In this document: positions 10,231 through 23,299 of the stretch, piece after piece | How the letters are laid out: the number at the start of each line of letters is the position of its first letter | Numbering within the stretch: position 1 is the first letter of the stretch | Assembly (NCBI GenBank): GCA_028534125.1 | Contig: CM052817.1 | Location: 103,728,001 to 103,792,000 of the forward strand | Reading direction: 5' to 3' | Length of the DNA stretch: 64,000 bases | Origin: Lama glama | Lineage: Eukaryota | Translations under genes and position numbers: made by a program | Notes under the pieces: generated by a model | Seen by the model: only the letters and a program-made list of their open reading frames with translations | Databases searched by the model: none | What the model was told of the DNA's origin: nothing

Positions 10231-13050
10231 TTTTCTCCAATTTTATTGAGATATAATTGACATATAGCACTGTATAAGTTTAAGGTGTACAGCATAATGA
10301 TTTGACTTATATATCATGAAATGATTGACACAATAAGTTTAGTAAACATTCATCATCTCATATAGATACAAAATAAATAGAAAAAAATTTCCTTGTAATG
10401 AGAACTCTTAGGATATACTCTCTTTACAACCTATGCACCTAACAACAGCAGTGTTAATTATATTTGTCGTGTTGCACATTACATCCCTAATACTTATCTA
10501 TCTTAAAACGTAGAATTGTACCTTTTGACTACCTTCATCCGATAGCCCCTCTCTCCACCTCCTGCCTCTGCTAACTACAAATTGAATCTCTTTTTCTATT
10601 AATCTGTTTGTTTTGAATTATAATTGACCTACAACGCTATGTTCCTGTTATTCAACAGCAATTCTATATTTCTATACATTTCAAAATGATTACCATGAAA
10701 TGTCGTTACAATGTCATCATACAAAGACATTATTACATAGTTATCAACTATATTCCCTACACTGTACATTCATACCAGCGACTCATGTATTTTGCAATGG
10801 GAAATTTGTACCTCTTAATCTCTCTTACTTATTTCTTCCCTCCCTCCCTCTCCCCTCCGTCTGGCAACCACCTATTTATCTCTGTATCTATAACTCTCTT
10901 CTATTTCATTATATTTGTTAATTTGCTTTGTTCTTTAGTGTCCACCTATAACTGAAATAATACAATATTTATATTTCTCTGACATATTCCACTTTGCTTA
11001 TACCCTCTTATTACCTGTGGTCCATCCATGTTGTCACAAATGGCAAGATTTCATTATTTTTATAGCTCAGTAATATTCCATTATATATATATCACATCTT
11101 CTTTATCCATTCCTGTATGATGGACACTTAGGTTGCTCCTATATCTTATATATTGTAAATAATGCTGCACTGAACAAAGTGGTGCATATATATTTTCTAA
11201 GTAGTGTTTTTGTTCAGATAAATATCCAGGAGTGGAATTTCTGGATCATTTGGTAGTCCTATTTTTAATTATTTTGATATTGTTTTCCATAGTGGCTACA
11301 CCAATTTACATTTCCATTAACAGTGCATGGGAGTTCCCCTTTGTCCACACCCTTGTCAAAGCTTGTTATTTGTTGTCTTTTTGATAATAACCATTCTAAC
11401 AGGTGTGAGGTGATCTCATTGTGGTTTTGATTTGCATTTCACTGATGATTAGTGATACTGAGCATCTTTTCTATGTGCCTGTTGGCCAACTCTATATTTT
11501 CTTTGGAAAATTACCTATTCAGGTCCTTTGCCCTTTTAAAAATTGGGTTGCTTATTTTTTGATGTTGAGTTGTATGAGTTCATTGTATATTTTGGATATT
11601 AACCTGTTATCAGATACGTGATTTGCAAATATCTTCTCCCATTCAGTATGACCTTTTCATTTGTTGATAGTTTTCTTCACTGTGCAAAAGCTTTTTAGTT
11701 TGATATAGTCACATTTGTTTATCTTTGCTTTTGTTTCCCTTGCCTGAGGAGACACGTACAAAAAAATATTACTAAGACTAATGTAAAAAAAAAAAAACCA
11801 CTCATGTCAAAGAACATATTGTCTATGTTTTCTTCCAGAAGTTTTATGGTTTTAGGTCTTCTGTTTAAGTTTTTAATCCATTTTGGATTTTGTGTGTGTG
11901 TGTGTGTGTGTGCATGTGTGAGAGAGTGGTCCAGTTTGATTCTTTAGCATGTAGCTATCTTATTTTCCCAGCACCATTTATTGAAGAGGCTGTCTTTTCT
12001 CGAGTGTATGTTCTTGTGTCTTTTGTCATAGATTAATTGCCCACATAAGTGTTGGCTAATTTCTAGGCTCTCCATTCTGTTCCATTGGTTTATGTGTCTG
12101 ATTTTGTGCCAGTACCATGCTGTTTTGATGACTGTAGCTTAATCTCATTGAACTTTTCCATTGTTTTTTGTCTCTATTTCATTACTTTCTGCTCTCATCT
12201 TTATGATTTCTTTCCTTCTACTAACTTTTGATTTCGTTTGGTTTTCTTTTTCTGGTTCCTTTAGGTGTAAGGTTAGATCGTTTTTTTAAAGATTTTCCTT
12301 TTCCTGAGATAAGCTTGTGTTACTATAAACTTCCCTCTTAGAGCTGCTTTTGGTGCATCCCTAGATTAAGGATCATGGAGTGTTCATTTTCATTTGTCTC
12401 CAAGTATTTTTCTATTCCTTCTTTTATGTTTTTCAGTCACCCGTTGGTTGTTTAACAGCATATTGTTTAGCCTCCATGTGTTTTGTGTTTTTTGCAGTTT
12501 TTTTTCCTTATAGTTGATATCTAATCTCATAGCATTGTGGTCAGAAAAGATGCTTGGTATGAGTTCAGGCTGGTAGGTGGGGCTGGGTTCTGGTACTAAT
12601 AAGCTAGAGGGAAGACTCCAAAATGGTGCCTGCCAGCACCGGTGTCCTCATGGTAGAATGAACTCCCCAAAATGGCAGCTGCCAGCCTCCAGGTCCCCAG
12701 GGTGAGCTCCAGTTCCCCCCTCATTGTCTGGTGGCTCTCCAAGACGAGCAAGGGGGTCTGACCCAGGCTCCTTTCAAATGACTGCCTCTTCCTGGGTCCT
12801 GAAGCACGTGAGATTTGTGTGCACTCATTAAGAGTGGAGCCTCTATTTCCTACAGCCCTCTGGGTCTCCTAAAAGTGAGCCCCACTGGCCCTCAAAGTCA
12901 AATGTCCTGGGGGATCATATCCAGATTTGTTCTTCAGCTGGATTGCTTTGGCTGTTTTGGTCCTTTGTGGTTCCATACAAATTTTAACATTGGGTTTCCA
13001 TTTCTGTGAAAAATGCGTTTGGACTTTTCATAGGGATTTTATTGAATCTG
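10231..13050 (-). mobile_element. Nested/mosaic L1: 3'UTR + ORF2 end, upstream ORF2 piece, 5'UTR piece, further ORF2 piece
   Basis: Antisense 3' end TTTATTGAGATATAATTGACATATAGCAC; ORF2 motif CCCAGCACCATTTATTGAAGAG; apparent jumps near 12140, 12567 and 12915. Confidence 0.8.
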
Positions 13051-14689
13051 GTTTTTTTGTTTGTTTGTTTTTAAGTAATGCCATCTAGGGAATAGATTTA
13101 ACAGTACTACTCAAGAAGTTTCATAATGTCTCTGTTTCTGCCCAGTGTTAGAATTGATTTTTAGGTTGAAGCCTTACCCAGAAATCCTTTCTGAAACAAA
13201 ACAAACAAGACAAAACTCTCTTCCTATTGCTAGTTAAGAAGCAAACCACTATTAAATGTAGCAAGTGGAGAGAAAGCCAAGGACAACAAAACTCAACAGG
13301 AAGTTATTCCTGAGTTTATGTTTACTTGACAGTTCAAGAAACCTTATTGAATAAAGGCCAAAGTTCTTTAATCAGTCAATGAGGATTTCAGTGTTTGTGG
13401 TATCAACACTTGGCAATTATAGGCAGTCTGATCATGCAAATTTTTATGGAAAAATGTAGGTCACCCAAAATAGATTTATCAAAATAAAAAAAAGGAGATC
13501 TTGGATTAACCTAGAAGAAAATCACTCATTTGGCCATGCCTAATCAAAGATTTTCACCATTTGCTGGAGAACAGGTAGTTAACATGCTCCATGATATCGT
13601 TAAGCACCTGATGGATACCAGACACTTGCTGGAGAGTCAGTGGTGAATTGAGACATAGGCTATGTCATCGAAGAGCTTACAGTCTAAGGAACTGGAATCC
13701 CACATGGTGTCTGTGTGTGCGTGTGTGCACACGCGCACACGTGCATGCTGGAGTTTAATGCATTCTAAACTACAAATTGCTATTATCTTATAGAATGAAT
13801 TTTTTTATCCATTCTCTATTAGTCTTTCCACTGTATTTCATAATAAACCCTAAGACCACATTATTGAGAAATAGCTGAAAGAGGCACACCTACCTGATGG
13901 TTCTGTCTGGATAGCAGGGGCTGATTACGACCAGGCCACCTGTTACACCCTCTGAGGAACATGGGCTTCACAGGCTTATTTGAAGTTGGAAGAGTTGTAC
14001 ATTTTGAACAAAGACACATTATTCTTTCACAATAGGGAAGGAATCACTGTGAATAGTCGTACAGAAAAGTGATGTGAAATCCAATAGATAAAATGGTTAT
14101 TAACCTTCCTTTAAGTGATTCCAACAAGAATCCAAATCTTCTTTTTATGGAGGAGAATCCAATTTTCTCATAAAGCGTATCATTATCATCTGGGCATAAT
14201 TCATTGGCAGGGAATGAGTCCTCACGCAGACACTGGCGATAATGTGGCATTTGCGTTCTTCTTGCATTCTTCTGTAGCTCAGACTTTATGTTTAAATAAC
14301 GAATAGAAGGTAAGGGTAGGGATAGGCTCCTCCTCTGCTCCTCCTTCACTGAGACAGCAGCACCTCTCTGGCATGATCTCATTGTGCTCGCCCAGGTTGG
14401 AATAACCATTTTGATAGTTTTAAAAGTATCTCTTCTAACCATCTCATCTAACACTTTAAAAGTGATTATTTCAGGCTCAGGGATGCCTTCTTGGTGGTTT
14501 TTGGCATTTCTGGTGGAGGAAGCTGGCTTTAGTCTGACATAAGGTATGAAGAGCAGATCCAAATGGATAATAACAGACTTTAGCCAAAGGGCCTTGACAC
14601 GTTCCTCTCAACACTACTTAGTATCCTCAACCAGGCGGCTGCTGTCGTGCTTTTAAATCTTCCATCTGACTTGGAGGTGAGGAGCAGAG

Positions 14690-14830
14690 AGACCCAGCGT
14701 GACTATTTATACGTGTATATGCAAGTTCATTCGGGGGAATTGGCTTTTCCCCTCCAATTCACACATATGGTGTCACACGTGAGCAGCACCTTCAATTGTT
14801 CCCCATGATTAATTACTGAGCAACAAAGGC
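14690..14830 (-). promoter_or_regulatory. Candidate TATA/MEF2-like core promoter or enhancer
   Basis: TATAAATA on - strand at 14711-14704; kB-like GGGGAAAAGCC 14752-14742; E-boxes CATATG 14764-14769 and CACGTG 14776-14781; non-repetitive sequence; motif evidence only. Confidence 0.3.
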
Positions 14831-14924
14831 TTCCCCCAGTGCTCTGGAAGAGCATCCTTCTGGTTTGTAATTAATGTATTTCCTTTGAGAAGTCACCAGT
14901 AGGAGGTGGGAAGGAGCTTATTTT

Positions 14925-15160
14925 AAAGGGATAAATCGGGAGTTTGTGATGTGCAGATACTAACTATTATGTATAAAATAGATAAACAACAAGTTTTTAT
15001 GTATAGCACAGGGAACTATATTCAATATCTTGTAGTAACTTATGGTGAAGAAGAATATGAAAACAAATATATGTATATTCTTGTATGACTGAAGTATTAC
15101 GCTGTACACCAGAAATTAACACAACTTTGTAAACTGACTATACTTCAATAAATATATATA
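14925..15160 (+). mobile_element. 5'-truncated L1 3' end
   Basis: GGGATAAATCGGGAGTTTG...TATAGCACAGGGAACTATATTCAATATC...CTTCAATAAA. Confidence 0.9.
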
Positions 15161-16169
15161 TAATAAAAATGTATATACTTGAAGCAAAAAAAAAATAGTG
15201 AACACACCTCTATTTGTCATAAACCCAAGCTGTGCATTTCATAGATGCTTTTCATTTTCTTTGTTTCTGCCCTAATAACCTCCAAACAAGGGGAATCTCT
15301 CTCTAGTTATGATGTGATTGAGGCACAAGGGTTAGCTTTTTAAAACACTCCAACACAACTTCATTCCTCTCTTTTATGAGGCATGAGGTCATAACTTAGA
15401 AGATGCCTAGATGTTCAGTCATAATCCCATTTATTAAGGTCTGAGAGAATAACTCTATCTAGTTAAATCCGGTTGCAGAGAACAAGATTTATTAGAGGGA
15501 ACTGGAGTGCATCTCTGTAAAACAAAGGCTGGGCACATGCACCATACTCAGGGTTAGCAGAAATGTGCAGAGCAGTTCTTTCTCCTTCTGACTTACTTCC
15601 TGACGTTTTTGAAAATCTCAAAAACAATAAACTATAAAGTGAAGTTTCATCTCTCAAAGATTGTCTTGTGGGTTTGGCATTTGTCACTATCTGAAATGCA
15701 TCACTGTACAATCTCTGCAGGTACACATGTCTGGCACAGCACAGTCCTTGATAAAACAAGGAAACAAATTGCAACAAGTCCATTGACTGTGGTGTCAGAG
15801 GTCTTCTGATCTAAATTGTCCCATAAGGGGATGTAATCTTGGTCCTTTGGCTCTTGCATAACAAATTCTTAGCAGAAAATCATCTTAATGGTAGATTTAA
15901 TTCATAAATACCATAATGAAATAGGCAACAACATATTAGTTACATGGCTAAATAATGGGGATGATGGAGATCACTGGTCAGGTTTTTCTTTTTAATTTAC
16001 CAAGAATAAAAAAAAATATATGTTACATTGCACAAACTGTTCAGTGACAGTGGCCCTTCCTAAAGAAATGCTTGGACTAGGCAAGATCCTTCAACAGAGC
16101 ATGATCTGTGTGAATCCAATAATGTGAGGAAACAGATTCATTGCATTCTGTGAACAATAAAAATCAATT

Positions 16170-16499
16170 AATAAAAAAGACACAAATAAATTTATTTACA
16201 AAACAGAAACAGACTCACAGACATAGAGATCAAACTTATGGTTACTTGTGGGGAGAGGGCGGAAAGAAATCAGTTGGGAGTTTGAGATCTGCAGATGCTA
16301 ACTACTATATATAAAATAGATAAACAGCAAGTTTCTTCTGTAGAACACAGGGAACTATATTCAATATCTTCTAGTAACGTATAATGAAAAAGAATCTGCA
16401 GAAGAATATATGTATGTGTATGTATGACTGAAACATTCTGCTGTGCACCAGATATTGACAACATTGTAAACCGACTATACCTCAGTTTAAAAAAAAAAA
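16170..16499 (+). mobile_element. 5'-truncated L1 3' end
   Basis: ACAAAACAGAAACAGACTCACAGACATAG...GGGAACTATATTCAATATC...A tail. Confidence 0.9.
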
Positions 16500-16996
16500 T
16501 TCTTGCTTCAAAGGCAGATAAGGACGCTTTCCAGTCTAAGCTCCTCTGGCTGCCGTGCTGTGTGGCGCTCAACTGTTCTAATAGAGAAGCACTTTTGAGC
16601 AGGAAACACAATGTTTTCTGTATCTTGCAGTTACTCATCTAAATTACTCAGACCCATGATGGAATGATTGAATAAGTTGATGTGAATTTTTTCCTTAACT
16701 TTTAGTTCTCTTTACATTTTTAATTGATACATAAAGTTATCAGTAATATGCAGAAAAAGCATATTAATGTCAGTGGCTGGAAATGCAATACTTTCCCAGT
16801 TCTTATGTCTGCCTTTTGACTTGTGGACACTGCCTTTGGGCTCTGGGATGCTTTTTTCCTTCTGCACGAAGTATCCTTTGTCTTCTCTCCATTGCTGCTA
16901 TGGTTTAGAAGCTGACTTTTCTGTTACAGAATTGTGTGTAATAACTTTGGGGAATATAGCAGTCTATCTTTGTAATTTTTTCCTTCGTTAGCACCA

Positions 16997-17096
16997 NNNN
17001 NNNNNNNNNNNNNNNNNNNNNNNNNNNNNNNNNNNNNNNNNNNNNNNNNNNNNNNNNNNNNNNNNNNNNNNNNNNNNNNNNNNNNNNNNNNNNNNN
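16997..17096. other. Assembly gap (100 N)
   Basis: N run. Confidence 1.
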
Positions 17097-17181
17097 TTAT
17101 GCTTTGAAATGAAAAGTTAAACTAACAGGATGAAAAAAGTAAGTCAAATGAGAAGTAATTAAGAAAGAAGAGTAGTCAATT

Positions 17182-17630
17182 TTTTTAACAATTTTTTAAT
17201 TGAAGTGTAATTGATTTACAGTGTTGTGTTAGTTTCTGGTGTACAGCATAGTGATTCAGTTTTGCATGTATGTATATATATTCCTTTTCATATTCTTTTT
17301 CATTATAGGCTCTTACAAGGTATTGAATATATTTCCCTTGCTATACAGTTGGACCTTATTGCTTACCTATTTTATATATAGTAGTTAGTACCTGCTAATT
17401 CCAAACTCCTAATTTATTCCTCCCTTCCCTTTCCCCTTTGGTAATCATCCATTGTTTTCTATGTCTGTGAGTCTGATTCTGTTTTGTAAATAAGTTAATT
17501 TGTGTTATTTTTTCAAGATTCCACATATAAGTGCTATCTTATGATATCTGTCTTTGTGCGTCTGACTTACTCCACTTAGTACGACAGTCTGCAGGTCCAT
17601 CCACCATGTTGCTGCAAACGGCATTATTTT
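17182..17630 (-). mobile_element. 5'-truncated L1 3' end
   Basis: Antisense 3'UTR; flanks AGAGTAGTCAATT and AGAATAATCAATT resemble a diverged TSD. Confidence 0.85.
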
Positions 17631-17789
17631 AGAATAATCAATTCTAAGTTAGCAATAGCTGATTATCTGGGTAAATACATTTTGCTCTCTTTCAGTCTCT
17701 GTTTCTGGCAGGTATACAGATCAGACACAAGTAGGTTAAAACAACATTCACAATTTATATATGTTTGTAACCCAATCACTCATTTCACA

Positions 17790-17990
17790 AGTAATAAAAA
17801 TTATTATCATTTGTTGGTTAACTCTGTGTCAGTCTCCTTGGTGAAGACTCGACCCACATTAGCACACATTTAATCTTCACAGCAAATCTCTGAGTTAGAC
17901 ATAATTCCCATTTTTTAGATGTGAACTCTGAGGTTTATAGAGGCTGCGATCATATGGCTACTTAGTGGCAGAGCTGTGGGACTCCAAAAC
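17790..17990 (-). mobile_element. MIR SINE
   Basis: TTTAATCTTCACAGCAA...CCCATTTTTTAGATGTGAACTCTGAGG. Confidence 0.7.
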
Positions 17991-18384
17991 CTGTCCTTGG
18001 AAACATACTCTTCTATGAATTCAACAGACACTACTCTGCTGAGCTTGGCGGACTTGGCAACACAATGCTTATGCTAACAGAACAGCCATTTTGAAACTCT
18101 GCTGATAATGATTGGTATTTAATATATTAAAGGATACATACAATATTTATGGTTGATTTTTACTTCTTTATTAAATTATTTACTACATAGGCCTCACTAA
18201 AAATTCCTTACTAGCTCCTTGATGAGGATGGTGTTTTTTATGTATACATTTTGGGCTACTTCTCACTGTTACAATACAGGCTGGCTCTATTTTAAGTTAT
18301 TTTTAAAAACATCTTGGATATTTTGGTTACAAACTCTTCTAGGGCTGACTTGAAGGGCCTAGGTGGTTTTTAGCTATTTGTTTT

Positions 18385-19080
18385 GGCAAATAATAATAAA
18401 CCTTTCTCTGCTCCAAACTACCACATTTCAGTTTGTTTGGCCTCATGGTGCGTGGGGCACGTGGACTTGCCTTCAGCACCAGTTTGGTCCTTATAGGAAG
18501 ATGGGGGAAGTCCTCGGGGTAGCTGTTGTGCCAGGTGTTCAGACAGTGAGGTTTTTTGACACAGGTTGTGAAGACATAAAATTTTTTATCTTTCAGTAAG
18601 AATATTGCTCTTGCAGATTTTGTGTCTTTTATAGCTTCCCCTGTGGGATTGGGGTGTTAAGGCTTCTCCAGCTTGTGAGGATAAGGCCAGGGCTCAGGAG
18701 AAAGGGGACAGGGAGTTGCACTGAGGTGGGCTTTTACTGAGGGCAGGCCTTGAGATAGAGTGGGGAAAAGCAGGAAAGAGCTTTCCTGGGGCTCCCGGAG
18801 TGCGGCTCTGGCTGGGAACAGAATATTCACATGCCTGGAGGTCATCATCTTTGTCGTAAATACTCCCGGGGGAACTTGCCCAGTGGCTACATCCTGGGAC
18901 AGAGGTGACAGAACTGGTGGAGGTAGATGTCTACTCTTATGCCGTGGGAGACACGAGGAGCCAGGAATGCTGCAGAGAGAGGGGAAATGAGTGTTTGCAA
19001 CCAGCAGGGAGCGACGGTCCTCTAACGCCCTGAGTGTCATTACCTAGGAGACCCTAACCTTTCCGACCTGACTTGTCACA
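18385..19080. mobile_element. ERV LTR fragments (a + strand R/U5-like piece followed by a probable - strand LTR ending in CA)
   Basis: AATAAACCTTTCTCTGCTCCAAACT...TTTGGCCTCA; the later segment ends GACTTGTCACA; family not determined. Confidence 0.5.
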
Positions 19081-20063
19081 TTAAAAAACACAACAAGATA
19101 AAACAAGATCCAAGCTGTTATAAAGACAATAAATCAAGGTTCTCAGTATTAAAAGTCTTCTTTAAAGTCTTGCCCTTGGGGTGTATTCTTGGACTGTCAC
19201 TATGGTCTGTCTGCTCTTTAATTCCTAAGATGAAGCTTTGTTTGGGTCATATCTGATTTGGGGGGACACCAAGACCCCCGTGATCTCCACTTGCAAAGCA
19301 GTTCCACTGCTGAAGTGTAACATTCACCAGACGAAAAGGACGCCTTAGGAGCCCGCCCAGGCGTGAGGGCGCCTGCGGAGGGGCTCGTGAACTCTCACAG
19401 GGGGATGGTTTAACCCAAATTTCATCCTGTTTAAGTTGACTGTTTACAGGGCTGATCTTTTCATAATGTAGCAACTCAAACAGATTCCACGTCTCTTTTA
19501 TGACTGACTTGCTTTCTTTCCAACTTGTTATTTTTTATGTGTGAAAGGCTTTAGATCAGCTATCGAATCACTCATAACACTAAAGGGAGCTTAATTAATG
19601 TCAACAGAAAATTCACAGTAAGAGGAAAATAACTGCATAGAAAGCACAGAAGCTAAGATCTAAAAGCTCCTTGGGAAGGAACCCAGGAGACATCATGCCT
19701 TCAGGATAGTCTATCAGATCAATGGGGAGAGAATAAAAAGTTGAATCTGAGTTAAAAGAGAAATCCCTCATTGCTAACCCCCAACTCTGCAATCAGTATA
19801 TTCTAAGGACCCAGACATCCCACAGAGTCAAATCCCTTTGCTTTTTGCTTTTTTGTTTATGTTAAATGAGATTTTTGTGATCCGTGGCATGTTATGGGAC
19901 AGACCTCCTCGGAAGCCTTTCACTGTTGGACATGGGGGCTTGGTCTGGCAGTGCGAGGGTGACGGAGTACGAGCACCTTCATGGCCTTGATCTCACGAGC
20001 AGAGTGTCCCTGTGGGTGAAGCCAGGAGAGTTACCCAGCACTTTGTGTACATTGGGTCTATAG

Positions 20064-20600
20064 TGTGACCCCAAAAGGAAGGAAAAAAGACCCCAGTTCT
20101 TGTCTTACCTGAAAGATTAGAATTCAGACAGGAGACAGAAGCATTGTGTAGCAGAAGATTTTAAAGGATTTATTAGCAAAGGGAAAACACACCTCCAAGA
20201 ATGAGAGGCGGGCTGATCCAAGGGCGGATAGCAGTGGTCTTTGTTTGGTCCCATCTCTTACACCCTCACTTAGAAGTGATCTCTTGATTGATTGACAGCT
20301 CTTGCCCCTGGAGTGCTCAGTCATGCTCGTCCCCTTTTGATGCACATAGAAAAACCCATGGGCGGGGGGGCAAAACCACAATGCTAATTATATTACAGTG
20401 AACATTAGGTCATGTCCAGTTAGGTCCTTTTTGCTACCAAGCAGTCATGGCCATCGGGTTCTAATCGGTTTCTTGCTGGCACTTATTTAGACGAAGTAAA
20501 GCCCCTTTATGCTGAAGGCAAGCATACTACCATCTTCTGGACCATCCTCTTTCTCCTCTACCTTATCTGTCCAGTGTCCCCACTTATCTAACTACCTATA
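20064..20600 (-). mobile_element. ERV solo LTR, family X copy 2
   Basis: Shares TTTATTAGCAAAGGGAAA..CACCTCCAAGA, GCTAATTA, ATTTAGA..AAGTAAAG and TAACT blocks with copy 1. Confidence 0.85.
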
Positions 20601-21439
20601 GATTCCTGGGTCACTGTCCTCTTTCGAGTCTATAATGGCCTTGGTCCATCTTATTACTCAGATCTTTTCTTGGTCTAAGCCTTTGGTGATGTGATGTGGC
20701 ACAGGGGACCAATGCCAGTGAGAATAACGCGAGGGGCTGAAACTGACAAGATCTTTAACATGGAAACATTTTCCTGCAATCTCTGATTATGTTTGCCATT
20801 GATGGCTCATGTGTTCCAAGGTCTAGGTTATAGAAAGAACCATACATTTTCCAAATGGCCATTTGGCTATTAGGAGTTCTAATAGAGCCCCTCAGATTTT
20901 TGTGCACGTTACACAGTTTGCTGTGGGAATGTCGTGAGCTTGAGGTCTTTTCTGTAGCACAGCAACTGTCCCCGGCGTGACTGTCCCTTAGCACCTTCGG
21001 CATGCATAGCGCTTTCCTCTGGGGAAGATTTGGCTGAGCCAGAGTCTGACTAAGGCCTGGCCTTGACTGATTATACTGTGAGAAGTGCTAATAACCTGGA
21101 CATAACTGAACTTGCTTCAAAGCATTCCCCTCTTCTTAATAAACTTGTGTTTAAGGATCTGCTATTATTTATGTCCACACACATGACACCTACCTTACGA
21201 TATTAAGATAAAAGGTATCCTCTTATAGTTCACTTAAGATGATAGTTACAGAAATGTTTACTGAAAAAGGAGAGAGGTCCATTGGTGTGAGTGCCTGGAC
21301 ATTACTTAATAATTACTGGTTTAATTTGCTCCCCTCCCTTTGATAGTGATTTTCTCAAACAAAACAAACCCAAACCAAATCCAACTGAAACAAGACAAAA
21401 ATAAAACCCTGCAGCAACAACAAACAGCTAACACATGGG

Positions 21440-21630
21440 CATCCTTCTGATCATCACAAATAGAACTAAGCATTTCACTAGTATTATCAGGATCCCTATG
21501 AGGTATTATTCCCATTTTGCAGGTGCAGAAACTGAGGTTCAGAGAAGTTATGTTATCAAAACTACAGAGGTGGAATTGGGCCCAGGTCTATCAGACGCCA
21601 AAACCTGTTCTGTAATCCACTGTCCCTCTT
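21440..21630 (-). mobile_element. MIR SINE
   Basis: CCCTATGAGGTATTATTCCCATTTTGCAGGTGCAGAAACTGAGGTTCAGAGAAGTTA. Confidence 0.85.
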
Positions 21631-22579
21631 TCTCCAGGGAAGGATTGTGACCTGCCATTGTATGACTTAGTGTCCTGAGGCTCTAGGGATAGAGTAACTA
21701 TGTTTGGACTGACTTGATCTAGCTTGACACAGATATTCAGTTAGGCTGTAACACTGTAGAAGGGGAGAGCTTTCTCTCCGTTTCTCTAGGCACTTTAAAT
21801 TATATTTGGAATTCTTTTTGAGAAGTCAGAATTCCAGGAACCCATTAAAACTCAAGAATATTGCAGATTTGGCATAGATGCCAGTCTTCCTTGGGGACCA
21901 TGCTCACACGACCCGCCTGACAAGTTGGCAAAGGAGAGAAGAGAGGGACATTTTGCTGAGGGATTTGAGTGAGGCGTGTAAGCCAGGAAAGGAAATGGAT
22001 AAATTTGTTGTTGCCTCAGAGGTTAATGGAAAATATCTGTGCTTTGCTGAGCATAACTCCCCGCATAAAATGTGTAGCAGAGTTGCTTAACAAGGTCACT
22101 CAGCTCTGGGGAGATTTTTGATCTATGCTCAATCAAGTCCTTTCACCTGCAGTGGCCGGTCAACTCTTGCAAGTGGAGTCAACCAAATTAGTCACCTGAA
22201 ATTCAAGTGCTCAGATTGCCATTTCTTAGGACTTAATTCCTGCCACTGCCACACCTGGGAATGACACCTCCTAACTGAATGTATTCAGCAATGCCCAGAG
22301 GCTCCTCTGAGATAAGCCCCGGAGGACACCTATTTATCTCATTTAGATTTAGACTATTTGCTGGAGAGAGGCATTTGTGTCAGCAAAAGGAGCTAGCTTT
22401 GGAAAAGAAGGAGGATTCAAACACTGTATTACCATCTAGATAAACAAAAAAGAAGCACAATTTTTTAAAACGTTGAAATCATAAAAATAGAGGTAAGAAT
22501 TAAGACCAGTGGTTTTGGTCTCAGTTGCAAGTAAGGAGCAGAGCGCCTTGGTCCCGTTCCGAGGCACTCAGAATGTATG

Positions 22580-23100
22580 GTGCGTCTACCCTGAGTCCAA
22601 ACTCACTCTGCTCGCCGTATGACAGGCCAGTACATCAGGAGACAAGATGTTTATTGGGGCAAGGGATAGTGACTTTATTTGGAAAGCCCGCAGACTGAGA
22701 AGATGAGGGACTAGTGCCCTAGAGTATCATCTTCTCCAAGTCAGAATTTTGCCTCCTTTTATCCTAAAAAGGGGAGGGAGTGTAGTTGGTTGTTGCAAAC
22801 TTCTTGCTGCCAGAATCCTTTGTTCTTGCAGCTGTCCACCTAGGTCAGGTCATGGTGTCCCTGTAAACCTCCAACAAGACAAATGTTATTTTCTATTCTG
22901 CAACTTTTTAATCTTTATATGAATGGGAGAGTAACGCCCTTAAGGTCAGAGCCTTGAGGATGGGCTCTCCTGTCTATTTCAGGCTCTAGGCAACATTCTT
23001 TTACAAAAGGTGCAGAACCAGCAGGACTGAGCCCAGGAAACAGAGCACAGGGTTAGAGGCAAAGATCTACTGTGGAGTCAGATTTTTCTTCCCTACTACG
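22580..23100 (-). mobile_element. ERV1-class solo LTR (second family)
   Basis: CTGAGTCCAAACTCACTCTGCTCGCCG...TGACTTTATT (antisense AATAAA)...CTTTTATCCTAAAA; ~520 bp; ends approximate. Confidence 0.7.
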
Positions 23101-23299
23101 ATGTTAAAACATCTACGTATAGTGATGCTGAGTTATTCGTGGCCAGTCTCCTGGGAATCCTTGAAACTTACTGTTTTAAATGATAGCTGGGATGACACAC
23201 CTTGCCTGATTTTGCTTCTGTGTATTACAGCACACCGACTACACACTCTGATGTTTTAACAGGACTAGTTTTCACAGCTTTCGAGCTGTTGACTGCATG

